DNA of 64,000 bases from Lepidodermella squamata (GCA_047495785.1 JBLDXI010000020.1:124001-188000); one strand, 5' to 3'. Numbered from the stretch's first letter, positions 13,337 to 27,748 are shown. Translations and numbers: made by a program. Notes: generated by a model not told the origin, from the sequence alone.

Positions 13337-15887
13337 AAATCAACGAGTTATATGTGTGTAAGATGTCACCGTGTCTGGTCCTCATTAGTCAACATAAAAT
13401 TTGCTTTCATTCTAATTGACTTATGTAGTGTCGTAAAGCAACGAAAATTCGTGTTTGCTGTTTTACTCATTCCCAAATGCGAGCGCGTCTTTTCTCGATA
13501 AGTTTCACCTCACATCTTTGTGGAATGAATTCGTTCTACTTATCTGTCATGTTGTGCGCAGCTAGATTCTCAAATTTGATTGTCATGCACCATTATGGTT
13601 AAAAGCACAAACTTTAACTATTTATACTCAGCAGTCCATCATCTGTTGCTGCCTTAATTATTGTCCAGTCGCATCAACCATGAAATATCATTAGGAACGA
13701 TTGATTTCTTAATTATAGCTGACATCCATTTAGTTAGTGGATTAGCTTGTTCCAGTGATATATTTTTCGAGTAAGCTAATCTGTATCCCGTGATTACCGT
13801 ATGTAGAGAAATAGTAACCTAGCCCAACTAACCAATAGTTTCGAATTGAAGAATTTAAGTTCTGTGAATGCCGACGTGGAAAGGAGAACTGAGCAGTCGT
13901 AATTTAAATTTGATTGGAGACAATGGTGAAACTCCTTATCTAAACTCGGCTTGGAAATCAGCTTGGAATATGATAATTTTAAGAGTACTGCAGTATTTGC
14001 GTTGTGGTGGCGAATAATTTATACTTTGTAGCAATTCCATTTAATTCCAACGAAATCTCACTTGAGCTCGTGCAATATGAATGCCATGAACAACGATCCT
14101 GATCTCATCAAAATAACTCATTCTCATTTTTATTGTGATCAACCAGAACATCTTTGTTTTGCACCTCATTATTATTCTGCGAACCGCTGTTTTACAAATT
14201 AAAAGTGGGTATTTCTGTCTCTCAAATCTGGTCTGTGCTGTATTTTTCGTGTATTTTTACCCTTGAAATTACAAATAACAGCTGCTTCGAACACGGTGTT
14301 TTCGCCAAGTATGAATATATATAAGTAGTCGTCATTACATCAAATGCTTAAATTAAGCTTCGTGTAACTACCTAACAGTTCTTAAACGCATTTTTGAACG
14401 TAATTTGCGAAAATCGTATTCGAAGCAAACTGCTATGATCTTGATGTGACTCTTGTGATTGCATGCATGCCAACTTTTATTTTATATGCAAATTCGAGTC
14501 GGCTTTGTGCTCCGAGCTTTGTCTTGTCTAGTCATTTATGGCCAATTTTTCTATTGTGTTTCGAATGAGTACTTAACTGCAGCCCTTATTAATGATGTAT
14601 TTCACCTTTTGAATTTCATTCGAATTACATGAATTTTATGTTCGAATCATTGTCGATACACTTGAAATCGTTACAGGCCTATATTATGTGGTGTTGCAAT
14701 CGTTATTTTCTGAATACATGTTAAAAACTAAAGCAAAATAAACGTAAAAAGTTCTAACAAATTTGTGTTCGTATTTATGATCTCATTTGGGAAATGAAAG
14801 GGCTCTAGCCAGGAAAGCTATGACAAAATTCGGCGGCTTGGCTGTGTGTAGCTCCGACAGTGTTTCGAGCTGAAATTGCGCAACTTTCAAAAAAATGATT
14901 CCAACTTGCGCATCAACCGCTCCGCCGATTTTGACCCTCGAAGGATGGTTGTCATCAGCAATTGCTGGCTGTCAGGATCAGTCAGCCGATGGGTAGTCCG
15001 GTTGCCCTTGTGGGCTTATGGGGTGTTGAATTCGTGTCTTTGAAGTCTTCTACTTACTCATTTTTTGTTTAAATCACTTTTATCGATTTTCACCATAGGA
15101 AGTTCGTGAATCATGTTTCCAACTACAGTAAACGGATAAAAATAACTAATAGAAATAAGGGTCAGTCATATTCAGCCCTTTGAAAGGTATCACTGCGTGC
15201 GATGGCAGCTAAAAATAATGACCAGAATATAAGCGGATAATCCCGTCAAGTTTACGTTCGGTTATGAAAGATGACCGATTTTACAGTGTATAACCGTGAC
15301 TCTCACATTATATGACCACGTTGGATTTGCAATGTGATCGCAGTTGACAACAATCGCTCTTGATGATAATTAAAATGCAGAAAGCTTATATGGCTTGAGC
15401 GTTGATAGTAAAATCGATCAAATCCATTTTTCAAACGAACGAGACAGAGTTTGTGACGAAGACAGAGTTTCAACATAATCTAATACAAATCAATGCGCAC
15501 ATGCACGCATGCTGAGCTTTCTTTCGCAGAAAATATCAACTTACTTAGAAATCAAAGTTCGCGCTTCCTCTTACTTTGATGACTGCAAGGCGATAGGTAT
15601 ATCAGCATCAGCAGTCTGAGATGCCACTCACCTTCATCATTTTTATAAACTACCTACGCCTCTGATGAAGGAACGTTACAGCTTCATCGTTGTTGCAAAT
15701 CGATACAAAGCGCATACGCAACGTCATAATTTTATTGCTTCAACCCTTGTTTCATCAATGCTATCAGGCTGTTCGCAATTTTCTTTATCATCTTATTCAT
15801 TTCTCAAAGCCTTTGAAATCGAAATATTTAAAAATTGTATATTAATGATGGTTGCATTATCCACGCTTTAGGTGTCTCATTTTTATA

Positions 15888-18374
15888 ATGCCAAGTGATC
15901 ACCCCACCGCTGATAAATATGTGATACATAAGTATGTCCATGATTTTTTCGTGGAGCATCAGAAGTCGATCCTGGAAAAGACCATCCAGGAATATAGGAA
16001 AACTTTTATCTACGACAATATTCCACTGCTACTCGGTTATGTTTGTTTATTTGTCTTGGGGCTAGTTGCCAATGGAGTACAAATTTACGCAACGATTTTG
16101 CAGGTAAATGCCCTAGATATCAGAACCACCTTCAATATAAGGTATTGTAATCATTTCAGATTCGTAGGCGTGAAAATACTGTCTGCAGTAAAATGTTTCT
16201 TCAGTTAGCAATAAGCCAAACGTTGCTGATTTTGTACCTTATACCAATGGACTATTTGTGGCGCTACAGTCAGGTATGGGAAGCTGGCGAGAACGCCTGC
16301 AAGTTGCTCGTTTGGATGCGGTTTTACCTTATCGTAACTGTAGCAGCCTTTACCGTCTTGCAAACCTTTGTACGCTACAGGGTGATGCGCGCATCAGTTG
16401 AATTGGTCGACAATTTTCAAAAAGTAGCTTCATCAAACATTCCTTCGTCAGCTTCAGGTCAAAAACTTACTGGAACCGAAGATAAATCTACCAGGGGCGA
16501 CGCTGGTCTCGCTCTAGAAATGTCCACGCCGGAAGGTGGAATTCAGATGCGAAAGCGAGCTTCCCTAGCCTGCAACCACGACAAAGCCCGTCATCAAGAT
16601 CCGTTACTTGAAGCCGAAACGGGCAACTGTTCCTGTGAGGCATATAACAACCGGCAATCAACAACTAAGACACAAAGCCTAGTTTTGAAAGGGTGGCTGA
16701 AATGGATTCTTGACAGTGCCATATGTTGGCCTGTGCAGCGAATATTCACCTACTCGAAGGCGGAGGCTGAGTCAAACAACGCCGCACTTTCGTCGAGTGC
16801 ACTGACACCCGAGCCGCTTCGTAGATTCGGCAAACAGAACCGAAATTTCAACGAAAATCGGCTAATCATGCTTGGCTGGTTGCTTCCTCTAATACTCTGC
16901 GCGCCAGAAGTAAGTGAACCCTTGCATTTATTTCAAGAATAAAATGAAATCAGCAATTCCTCATAAAACCCCGCTGACATGACATCACATAGCGGCCATA
17001 ATATGTCACATTAATAAATGAACCTTTACGATTTATGCTTATTTATTTTTTTTTCAGGCCGCTGTGTACAAACTGCACGTTCACAAAGACATAGGTGGCT
17101 ATCAGCAATGCGCCGACATCTTCGCCAAGCAAGAGGAGCTGCTTTTCCCCAAGTTATTTCCACCTTCAGGTGAAGGTGCAGATCACAATTCGAGCTCCGA
17201 AGAGTCATCGACGCTTGCGACACTCATCGATGACATAAACAAGGGAGATTCGTCGGCTGAAGCGCTTCTTGCTGATGAAGGTTTCTTTCTGGGCGGTTCA
17301 GGACACGACGAGGATGGCGCTTATGAACACAGCCTTCCGATGTTGACTGCTGACGTTGGGCTGACGTCGCTCAACGATGAAATGAACGCTAGTCTAACAC
17401 CTGTTCAGATCGTTTACTACTTACTACTTCAGTCTCTAACGTTCGTGATCCCGGTGGGCGCAATTTGCATTCTTAACGCCCTAGTTGTGCGCTGCTATTG
17501 GCAAATTCGGAAACTCAATGCAGCTGAGCAACAGAACGCGAAAACAGATACAACACCTAAGCCGGAAGGCGCATCAGCGCCAACGGTGCCGACTCTTAAT
17601 GAGCCGATAACTAGGCGGCCACCGTCTGGGCCGCGAGTTCAAGAGCAAACGGCGGCTAGGATGCAACAGAAAGAGCTACAACTTCGCGAGTTACGCACGT
17701 GGGCTGCGCATCGAACGCTCTACCTGACGCTGTCGTTCGGCGTCTCCTACTGCGTGTGTTGGTTTCCGATGGCATTGCTGATGGCTATGCGGTGGAATAC
17801 GCTTTTCTTGAAGATACCCACTGCCGCGGAGCATCTGGCGGCCTCGGCACAATTGGCGGACACTGCCGGGTACTCATTCGATGGGGAGATGGGTCAAGAG
17901 GAGCCAGGGTTAGGGTTTTGGTCCTTCGTCGAAGAATGGGCCATCGCTTGGGGTCTACTTATCGGCGTTGTCAACCCGCTTCTCTACGGTTTCTTCCACC
18001 TGATGGGAGGGAACTCGAAGAAGCTCTACGACTTGCAACATAGCGTTATCGCTAAAAACTCCACACCTGCCCGACCTGACGCGGCGGCCGAGCAACCGAA
18101 AAAATTGCAGCAGATGTTCACGGGCAATGCCAGCGAGACGCGGCCAGGCCGCCCGCTCAACAAATTGAGCGTTCGCAGCCGAAACCTCGTATCGCGCTAC
18201 AGCGGTCCGCATCGTCCCAGCCGTTCTTCACAGCGCTCGAGCACGAGCAGCGACCAGGTCCTCATTCCGGGTGTCGGCAGAGCGGCGAGCAGGAATTATT
18301 CGCGAAAATTGGGTGACCGCACAGCCAGCGAGTGTTCCGCTGTGACGATCACCACCGTGGTCGATGAGCAATAA
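15888..18374 (+). CDS. Class A GPCR, GnRH/AKH/vasopressin-receptor-like, 3 exons
   Basis: TM1 GLVANG, TM2-ECL1 PMDYLW..VWEAGENACKL, TM6 CWFP, TM7 VNPLLYG; seven hydrophobic segments after splicing. Confidence 0.8.
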
Positions 18375-18912
18375 TTCAACATAGCTTTCCTCAAAAAACA
18401 ACCCGCGTGAACGTACACAGCACTCGAATTTTATTGTAATCAGTATATGTCAGTAAATATCATTGAACGGATATAACAAAATTAAATAATCATAACAGGC
18501 GTATCAAACTTCGATGAATTGCAAATAACGTTGCTTGATTATCGTTGAACGCTCTCATGCATTGCGTAGCTGTCATTGGCACAGGTCATGTGAGTAAATA
18601 CCATTGATTGTAAACATTTCGAGATTGGTAAACAGGATCAATAAATAATGTAATTCGTAAAAGAAGACAGAGGAAAAAGCACCTTTGGTACAGCAGCAGA
18701 TTCATTAATTCACCCGGATATCAGCAGAGAGAATGAATGGTTTGTTTTAGAATGAATAAATGAGCAAACAGTGAAACGCTTGAAACATTCAAAACACGAT
18801 GACTCAGGGGATGAACTAGATTGAGATAACAACTTGAGATGAAAAGGAAGGCTAACATGATTGAAGAATGCATAGGATTTCTGTAATCACGCCCTTTAAA
18901 CAACGGCAGAAT

Positions 18913-21900
18913 TTATTCCTGAAACTCATTTTCCTCGATTATTTCGCTGATGGTAAGCGGCGTCGATTTGGGCAACGGAACAGGCGTTTCCTCCTCGAGT
19001 TTCTTCTTCTGGATCGCGGCCTCATCTTCGATCTTCGACGGTTCCTCAGGTATTTCGATGAATGGGACCGGCGGCAGCTTACCACTATGCTTTTGCTGTT
19101 TTACCAAACCGTAACCCTGCGCAGTTTGAAGACACTTGTGGGCCATATCGGCCGCTTGTTGCCGCAGCTCGTTCTGCTCCGCATCGCCGATTTTCTGCGT
19201 GACATGGCGCAACAGAGAGACAGCTGTTAGAACCTCAAGCAATGGGCTCATGACGATCATTTCAGCCAAGCTTCGGCCAGCCTCCATCAAATTACGGACG
19301 ATCACAACGCCGCGTATCTGCAGACGAGCGTCTTCGTTGCTCAGCAAATTGCTGACTTTCTCGATCCAATTGTTGACCTCGGTGACGCGATATGCGATCT
19401 CGCGGTCGCGCGTCATCGCTGCTATTCCACCGGAGACAGCCAAAACAACCCCAGGATCCTCGTCACCCATCAAGAGCACCCAGAATTTTAAACGGTCGGA
19501 ATCCTTTTCGCGGAACATGTGCCAGATCGAACTAGGGTGACGCTTACGGCGCTCCAGATCTTTTTTCTCACGCTCCTCGACGCTCAGTTTCGCGTTTTTG
19601 GCACGCTCAGCCTCGTCGAAATCCTCATCCTCCAGGTCACTAGATTGCACGATGTTGCACAGGCACTCGAGAGATGCGCGCTGCAGGTCTTCGTGATCTT
19701 CGTAAGAAAACAGTTCAATTTTCGGAATGCCTTTTTCCGCTACAACCAGAGCTCGAGCTTTGTCATTATTTGCAGTCAAATTGGTAAGAGCCATGAGAGC
19801 TTCGTAGTGTTGCAACGATGCGTTTTCAGGGTGAAGAAGGCGTAAAAGTGGTTTCACCAACTCCAGCGCACGTTCGCCAGGAAACGCGATTTCCGGGTCT
19901 TGTGTGATTGCCATTTTAGCCAGAGCCTGAGCAGCGAAATCGCGACATTTCGAAGAGCCTTCGCGCTTGTTCGCCAGCGAAAGCAAGGTGCGAACTCCAC
20001 CCTGAGCCACCACCAGACCACGGAGGTCTTGGAACTCGACGATCGCCAAGAGAACACGGGCAAATTGCTCACGAGACTGTTCAAGATTGGCGACTTTCTC
20101 CAGGGCGTGAATCGCTGAAACAATATTAGCACCGGCGAGTTTTCTCACTCGCTTGTCGATAAACTCTTGAGCGTCCTTGGTATGTGCTTCTGGAATGTGC
20201 TGTTTAGCGAATTTCGCAAGCTCGACCAGCTCGGCTTCGGGGCTTTTTTTGTCATAAGCATTGCACAAATTAGCGAGAATCGTCGCTACTGGGTAGACCG
20301 CTGTTACTATGCCACTTTTGCCCAACTCAGCTAAGGCCTTAATCGCTGGCACGTTCGACGCGAACTCCTCCTTAACATCTCCGTCTAGTGTCAAAAAAGC
20401 AAGACCTTCGGCAGCCCACAAACGAGGATCGTCATTTTTGTCCTTGCTTTCAGTTGCCGCTGTCAAGTAGCGGCAGCAAGCTTTTGCGAGCACCAATGTT
20501 GAGCCCTCAGCCAAAGGTTTAATCGAAGCGTCGCTGCCACCATGGACACCCAATCGACACAGACCGACAAGAGCTCTGACTTTCAATGCGTCATCATCGC
20601 TGGTTTTGTAAATTTGCTTGAGCAGGGGCACGGCTTTCGTTACGAGGGCAGCACAACGAACGTGCTTGGAAGCGGCATGTACGAGGCATTCAAGAGCTGT
20701 GCGACGCATAATGTCGTTATCATTAGCTTGCACCATCGTTAATATCAGGTCAGTAACGCCCTCAGTACCCAACATGGCGCTGCCAATCGAGTGGGGGCCA
20801 CGCAACAGAAATGACAAACAGTTAATTGCTTCCACTTTCGATTCGATCGACTGTTCGGCAAATAGTTGCTTGAAATAATTTTGGATCTGAGTTGTAAATC
20901 GTTCCCGCTCAGGGTCAGACAGAAGATCGTCGTACATCCGAGACAACAACAGCGAAGAATTCATCGCAGCATCTTCACTAACCTGCATCACTCCTTCTTG
21001 TCGACGAATTCTTGAACTGTAATAGACATCATGTAATCAAATAGAGATGCCAAAAATTTATCATACCAAACGTTTAGCAATCGCTCAATCACATTCCATT
21101 GGTCCAAGAAATTCACCGTCCATCCAAACCCATCCCACCTGGGGAACAGCTTCGTCAATATTTCAAGCACAACATCGCGAGCCACCGCGGTAGCTTTATA
21201 GCTATCAAGTATCAGGCTTAGGTTACGACCAATTTCTTCTTGCCAAACTTTTATCTCTTCTGATGGAGTGTAACGCGGAAGAGGGCCGAGACCTTGGACG
21301 CCATGCAGTCGCTTCTTTTCCTCGTGTTTTTCCAAAGTGTCGCGAAATTTGTCCAGCTCGCCCCCATAAGTCAAGCAAGTTTGAACGAAATGACTCGCTG
21401 CTTTAGTTACCTCTGCAGATGGTTGCTGACATATGAGGTAATTCAACGTTTTCAGCGTCAAAGCATCGAATATTTCACGGGACTAGGTCGTAAAAAAACA
21501 TAATAAATTAACTGTATAAAAAAATGACGAAACAACATACTCTATAGGCGTCCTTGTCAGCGAGATAATCAAGGATGTTGATGCAATATACAACTATTTC
21601 GTTGCATTTATCGTTTCTGATTGTTTCAACAATTTTTGGAACCATGCCAGCACGATACATCAAGTTGACACCTTCCATCTGACGGCTGAGAACCACAAGA
21701 TTGGAAAACGCCTGCAAGAAAGACAGTGGCATTAGTTGAATGACTGAGCAGTTATCAAATATCAAACCTGCTTGCGTTTCTCCGGTTCGGTGTCGTCACC
21801 AAATGCCAATTTAAGCATAGATTGCAATCTAGCAGGAGTGCTATCTCGCTCAATGACCAATGCGTTGATCTTTGCTGTCAACGCGCGCATCATCTCCTGG

Positions 21901-22332
21901 ACAGCCGCGTTCTGGGGTTGGCTTTGTACAAGCTTTCTTCCATCTTCGTAGGCTTCAGGCAGCCTGTTCAATTTCTCAAGGGCCTCGCATCGACGAAATA
22001 AAGCTTTCACATCAGTCGGATCAACTTCCAGTACTAAATAATAAGGCGGGATAAGAGATGCTTAAATACGTAGTTGCAAGGCAATCATCACCTTTAGAAC
22101 AATCCTCAACGGCAGCAGCAAAATTTCCAGTTTTTATTAAACACATGGCTCGATTTCGATACAGATTGATCAACTCTGCTCTGAACTCAGTCACAGATTC
22201 TGACTGATCGGTGGAGCTGTCAGCGAGCTCTATAGCCTGAGAGTAAGTTTTGATAGCATCACCGAAGCAGACAGCTTTGAACTGGGCGTTTCCTTCTTCC
22301 TTAAGATCTTTCAATCGTTGCAATGTATTCAT
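18913..22332 (-). CDS. UNC45: UNC-45 myosin chaperone (TPR + UCS domains), multi-exon
   Basis: TPR (LKEEGNAQFK...YRNRAMC...KALFRR) and UCS motifs KVRALVGLCRLG, WAAEGLAFLTLD.DVKE, ELAKFAKQHIPE, YEALMALTNL. Confidence 0.96.
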
Positions 22333-22500
22333 CACAAATAAATTCTTGATCTAAATACAACAATTACAATGTAAGCTCTAGAAGATTCAGCGCGAATTCG
22401 GCATTCGGGTTTACTCGAAAGGTGCGGTAAGCGCTAAGTTATAGAAAGTGCGGTTCGGGCTAAACGAGCTCTCAAGGAAATGGGAGGCGCTGGATACGCG

Positions 22501-23339
22501 CTGTATACGCGATAATATTCGCGAGGCGATAATTTTCGCGAATTTCGCGAGCGAAAATGGACCTCGCGAAAATTAAATTCGCGAAAATTTTCTCATCACC
22601 AAAGTGCCCATTTCTCGTGAATATGCTATTGGGAACGTAATACATGATGCACGAGAAGTTTTGTCATACAAATATCGTACCTCCTGTTTGTTATACACCT
22701 TATAGAGAGCGTATAAGCCAATTAACTATTGGCCCAATCGTGAGGGTGACTAAAGATCTCATGTTATAACAAAATAAGTATAGCCCATGCTCTTTCCCTA
22801 GGAAACAAAAAAAGCTCAAATTCATGTTCTTAGGCAAAATGTGACACCGAATGCTCCGCCAGGAATTTATGGATACCTTTCGATAGCCCTAGATCACATC
22901 AATCGATTGATGAATTGTCTATGGTGACCCTCACGGCTGGGTTATGGAAGCGATAAAAACATTCCTTCAAGGCTGAAACCCAAGTCGCATCAACTTACTT
23001 ATATCCTCTGATTTCGTTCAATATATCAATCGACCTCTGAGATATAGAATAATGTATGAGAGAGCCTAAAGTGAGAAGTGAGGCGATGAACTAGAAAAAT
23101 AGCACTTCGAGCGATTGCCAGTGGCGGAGATATGGAGTCTCCAGGGGTAGCACAGGCTCGCGATTTGCGATTTGCTGTTTGTATGTACCTTATACACTTC
23201 CTGGGTGATATTCCGAAAATCCCGATCTTCCGTTCACAGAAGGCTTGATCGCGAAAATTTCCGCTCGCGAATATTGTCTACCTCTCATTTTTGGGCCTTC
23301 GCGAAAATTATCTACTCGCGAAAATTATCGCGTATACAG
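22501..23339. mobile_element. MITE (non-autonomous DNA transposon) with CTGTATACGCGATAAT TIRs and TCGCGAAAAT subterminal repeats
   Basis: Left end ctgtatacgcgataatattcgcgag (22501) is the reverse complement of the right end ctcgcgaaaattatcgcgtatacag (to 23339), with 1 mismatch. TA follows the right end; no credible internal ORF. Confidence 0.85.
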
Positions 23340-23368
23340 TACAGTATGCTGGAAAAAAAGTTACGTAA

Positions 23369-23400
23369 TTCTAGAATATCCAGAACATTCTAGATTTTTC
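23369..23400. promoter_or_regulatory. Heat-shock element cluster (inverted nGAAn pentamers) upstream of UNC-45
   Basis: TTCtaGAA...GAAcaTTCtaGAtttTTC; a second element ctctaGAAgaTTC lies at 22376-22388. Confidence 0.55.
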
Positions 23401-24733
23401 CAGGTATTCTCCCATGGTAAATTTTTAAATAAAATGATCGAAATAAACTAAAATGATTTATTGTTGATATCCCTCTAAATTTTTTGTAGTGGCGTCCGTC
23501 GTTACCAATTGGCAAAGCATAATATCGTTCCTCATCCGCGGCTCGACAGCACTTCATTCTTAAGCTCCCTAGCTCGAAAGCCTGTCGCAAAGCCGCCTAC
23601 CTGCAACAATTCCTCATCGAGCAGGTGTCTGAATGGACCAAATAGATCTTAGCTCTTATTTTATAATTTATTTTCGTATCCTATTGTGCCATTCTGCTCC
23701 TAACACCGAATTATCGGTGACAGGTCTAACTTATCAACCCAAGCCCTGTTAAATCACCAGTATTGGTGTCAGGGTCTAACATCCATCCACCCATCCATCC
23801 ATCCATCGTCGGCACTGATCATCTCCAGCCGCCTTCGCTTCCACCTGTGAGTAGCAAACCAGCGGCGTCGACTTATTTTCTCTGCACTATTGTGTCCAAG
23901 AAAAGCGTCCATAGCAGCCCATTTGTTATATTTCTCTGCTCTCTTGTCCTAAACAAGTTATAACCAGTTATGTCTGTGCTTTTAGCTCAAGGTATTTGGC
24001 TGATGTGGTGCGACTCTCGCGATTTCTGCTGCTTCTGACACGGATAATCCTGCAACTACCGCTTTGGGCCGTAGACTTGGGTGGCAATACTTCTCTATTG
24101 GTTGGAGTGCTAGGTATAGCTCGGAGGATCAGACCCAGTTATGGGTTTTAGGAAGAAGGGCTGCGCAGCCAGTACGGTCATGCTGGATGCTAGAGGTCAT
24201 GAAGGGTCAAGCCAAATGAATAGGTAGCTAGCTAGATAATAGGGATTCAGTGACATTCGTGGTAGTTCTGTGGCAGCCTCAGCAAAGTTCTCGGCAATGC
24301 GGTAAAACACTTGAGGGATAGGTACCAGTCGCCAGTCGCATTGTTATTCACAGAGTCAGGTCTTGAACTTGAACTTGCTTAAAGACAGCTAGGTAACTGC
24401 CTCCTCGCTCCTCGCAAATTGAGGAATCAAATTTTTTAGAAACTTAAAGCATAACTTTATACCATATAAAATGCATTTGATCCAATGGTACCAATGTTAA
24501 AGAGTTTTAATGTGCTATCGGCGGAATCACCAAATTTATTGAGACCAATTTTTGAACCTTCTGTTATTCATCTGCCTACCATTATAGACATTTTGAATTC
24601 CATTCCAAAGGATTTTTATCTAATCGTTGAACTAAATATCTACATTTAAAAAACCAAAAGCTAACGGTGCCACTCAGCTATAACTTAGTAACGGCCGGTA
24701 AATTGTTTCGTTCATCATTCTACTACAATTGAC

Positions 24734-26069
24734 ATGGCTGAACGAAACAAACAGGTAAAAGCCAAAAGTCAATTTCTCTTCCATTATTTAATGAAAAATT
24801 CTTAACAGCAGGATTTTATGCGGAAGAAGCGGATAGTCTTATTATGGGTGAGTTCGAGCTTTGATGTAATAATGCTGACACCGAACATCGAACTATTTTC
24901 AATTGAAGTTCTCCAACGAATTATCGTCTGATCAACAAAAATGTTTCATAGACGAGTTCAGCAGTCTCATTCCTCATTCCGACTTTACTCGGACATTCCC
25001 CAGAAACATTTGCGTTCGCATATTTTCACTGCTCGATCCAATATCCCTTTGTCGGTGCGCTCAGGTATTTTATTGGAAAAATAACCCATTTCAATTGCAT
25101 AAGAAATCCTAAATAATTCAGGTCAACTGGTTATGGAAAATGTACTCCGAGGCTGATGTGGTATGGAAATCTAAATGCATCAGGCTGGGCTGCTTCAATA
25201 ATGCCGCTGCTTCTACTATTATTTCGGGCTTCTGGAAGCATACATTTATTACGAAGGTCATGCATCTTCAGCAGGAAGCGATAGAACAGCAGCAGAATGA
25301 GAATTCGGCGATTGAAGATACAGTAACCAGCGAGAATGTGCGATACAGTGACGAAGATGCTGACCCATGGACAGAGTTCGTAGCCGAAAACGTAGCAGGG
25401 GTTAATCGGTCAGATTCAGCTGTTGAACCGCAAAACGAACCCAAGGATGTTAAGCGTAGCTCGAGAAAGCGTGAAATAATACAGGAAGTGGCATTGCCCC
25501 ACAGTAGCTTGGTAAAGACTGGAGACCACCTGGAATATACTCAAGCAGTTAACAACAATCGTAAGTCGCGCTCGTCTTCCGCATCAGGTTCTAGGACTTC
25601 CTCGCATAACTCATCAACTTCTCAACCATGGCGGCCCTCGAATCGAAAACCAAGCGACATTTATCGGAATAATTACCTCGATAATTATGACCTAGTTATA
25701 GCTGCCCGCACTAAGAGACATGAACAGGTGTGTTTAAACATTGCTCCGTATGCTTCAAGCTCTCTCTCTTTCTCTCTCTCATTTTCTTGTTAGGTAGTTC
25801 GTAAGAGCAGAGATGTGACTGGCAACTTGCCTGTCGGAGCGACTTCTCCTGCTCCTCCTTCGCGAGAAACATCATCAGCGAAGTCGATAGCGAAGACTAA
25901 TAATGAAGGTACAGCTGCTTCTAAATTACTATTCAAAACGCCTTCTTATAAACCGCCACTTCCACCCTCTGAGCCAATGCGTTCATCTCCGAAAATAGAA
26001 TCAAAGGTTGAGCACAGCTCAGCTACAATTGATTCCATGCCACCATGGCTAACTGCTCAGAAGTATTGA
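24734..26069 (+). CDS. FBXO16: F-box only protein 16-like
   Basis: DFTRTFPRNICVRIFSLLDPISLCRCAQ|VNWLWK...W.SKC F-box, plus PWRPSNRKPSDIYRNNYLDN resembling the FBXO16 C-terminal motif. Confidence 0.75.
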
Positions 26070-26322
26070 GTACTACATCTGCTTTTTTGCTTGAATTAAT
26101 CACTGCGTTGCTGATATTGAGTCTTGCTTGTCGTTCTGTGATAACAGTACCTTTCAAATATTTATAACTTTTTGCATGATATTTGTATGGTAAATTTGAC
26201 GAGGTCAATAAAAACGACATTAACAGCTCTGTTTTCATTTCTTTATCATCATCCGTCAATAGCAATTTTTAGGGCACAAAAAAGAAAGTGCCGAACGCCC
26301 GACATACATCTCCACAGACTGT

Positions 26323-27112
26323 TTACTTGGACTTCTTCGCCTTGAGCTTGCGCTGATAGAACTCGAGCTCCTTTCCTTCAAGAATATATCCGTCGCAACG
26401 ACCACTCTGTCCGGGGCGGCTGGAAATCGAAGCTAGCAGACGACCAGCGGCGAATTGCTCTTCAAGGGCGGGATCAACCTTGGCAAGCTTTTTGCGCTCT
26501 TCGAATTTGCGAGCGCATTTCTTCGAGCGCTTCTTGTTCAAAGGATCTTCGCCTTCAACAGCCTACGCGAAAGAAAATAATTCATTTTCAACACAATAAT
26601 GCGGCAAGATAGTAATTACCTTGGCGTTCTTTTTGCGGCCCAAAGGAAGAGCGTAGTGAGCTTCGTACCATTGTCTGAAAGGTGTAGCATCAATCTGCAC
26701 AATAGCTCCCTTGACAAGAGTCTTAGTACGGACAAGCTCGTTATTGGTGGCGTTGTAAACGACATCCAAAATTCTGGTCTTTCTTGTGCAGCCTGTATAT
26801 AGTGTGGTCATGATTGAAAACGATTATTAAAAACAGTAAAATCTTACATTCCGATCCCCAAGAGTAATTTCCTTGATCAAGGCGTAGAGCGCGGAATTTC
26901 TTGTTGCCACCGCGTGTTCTAATAGTCGTTACTTTTTTAGTTCCGATCTAAAAACAGCGACATCAAAATGATAGTTTAGAGTGTATTTGGTCAAATCTAA
27001 CCTTAGTGTTAGCTGGAGGGCGACCCAACTCGAACTTCCTCTTCTTGTGGGGCTGAGGGCGACGACCACCAGTGGCTCGGCGCTTATGCCATTTATCGCG
27101 GGAGATACCCAT
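26323..27112 (-). CDS. RPS8: 40S ribosomal protein S8 (eS8), 4 coding exons
   Basis: [16 protein letters not shown]...[50 protein letters not shown]. Confidence 0.98.
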
Positions 27113-27659
27113 TTGGGATAATTAACCTAAACTTTGAAATTGAACGAATTAATCAATTTTTCAAAACCGCAATTGTACGACAAGTTCGAAAAGTCTAGAT
27201 GTTTTCGTTCTAACAAAATTTAAAAGAGAAAATATAGCAATATGAAGGCACATATTAATCATGAATCCCGCAAAAGCAGGTAATCAATCCACTAATCGAC
27301 AGATCTGGCTAAAGATGGCTGGCAACTTCCTCATCCACAATGAGTGAAAACTACATTTGCCGCATGATATTCATATGACACGGTGTTGATTATTTACTGA
27401 AAAAAATGATGAACTTCGTCCCTATGCTTTCCAAAGATGTCTGGATTTATTAAGAAATTAGCAAATGGCTTGCGGTATATGAATACTCCTGCAACAGGGA
27501 GGAGTAGTGCTTCATAATACAAGCTTTGCTACTTACCGTGTTACTAATTTTTAATTGGGCAATAGTCCAATGTTAAATCAATTAATATCATCACCGCTAC
27601 CAGTAACAGAGCTAGAGCAATGCTATATTACAATGTATATACTATGTATGTATATATTA

Positions 27660-27748
27660 GCTTTGAGTGTCACGCCACTATAAACGGAGCATAGTGACAT
27701 GGCACTGTAAAACGAGTTATAGGTTATCGTGGCATGACACTCAAAGCG
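27660..27748. repeat. 19-bp inverted repeat / hairpin
   Basis: gctttgagtgtcacgccac ... gtggcatgacactcaaagc, 1 mismatch. Confidence 0.7.

Noticed and set aside
20985-21075. Overlapping ORFs in UNC-45 (also METTL13 at ~2650) suggesting programmed frameshifting
   Set aside because: Explained by ordinary short GT-AG introns.
27127-27535. snoRNA in the RPS8 5'UTR intron
   Set aside because: No convincing C/D or H/ACA box pair with a terminal stem on the sense strand.
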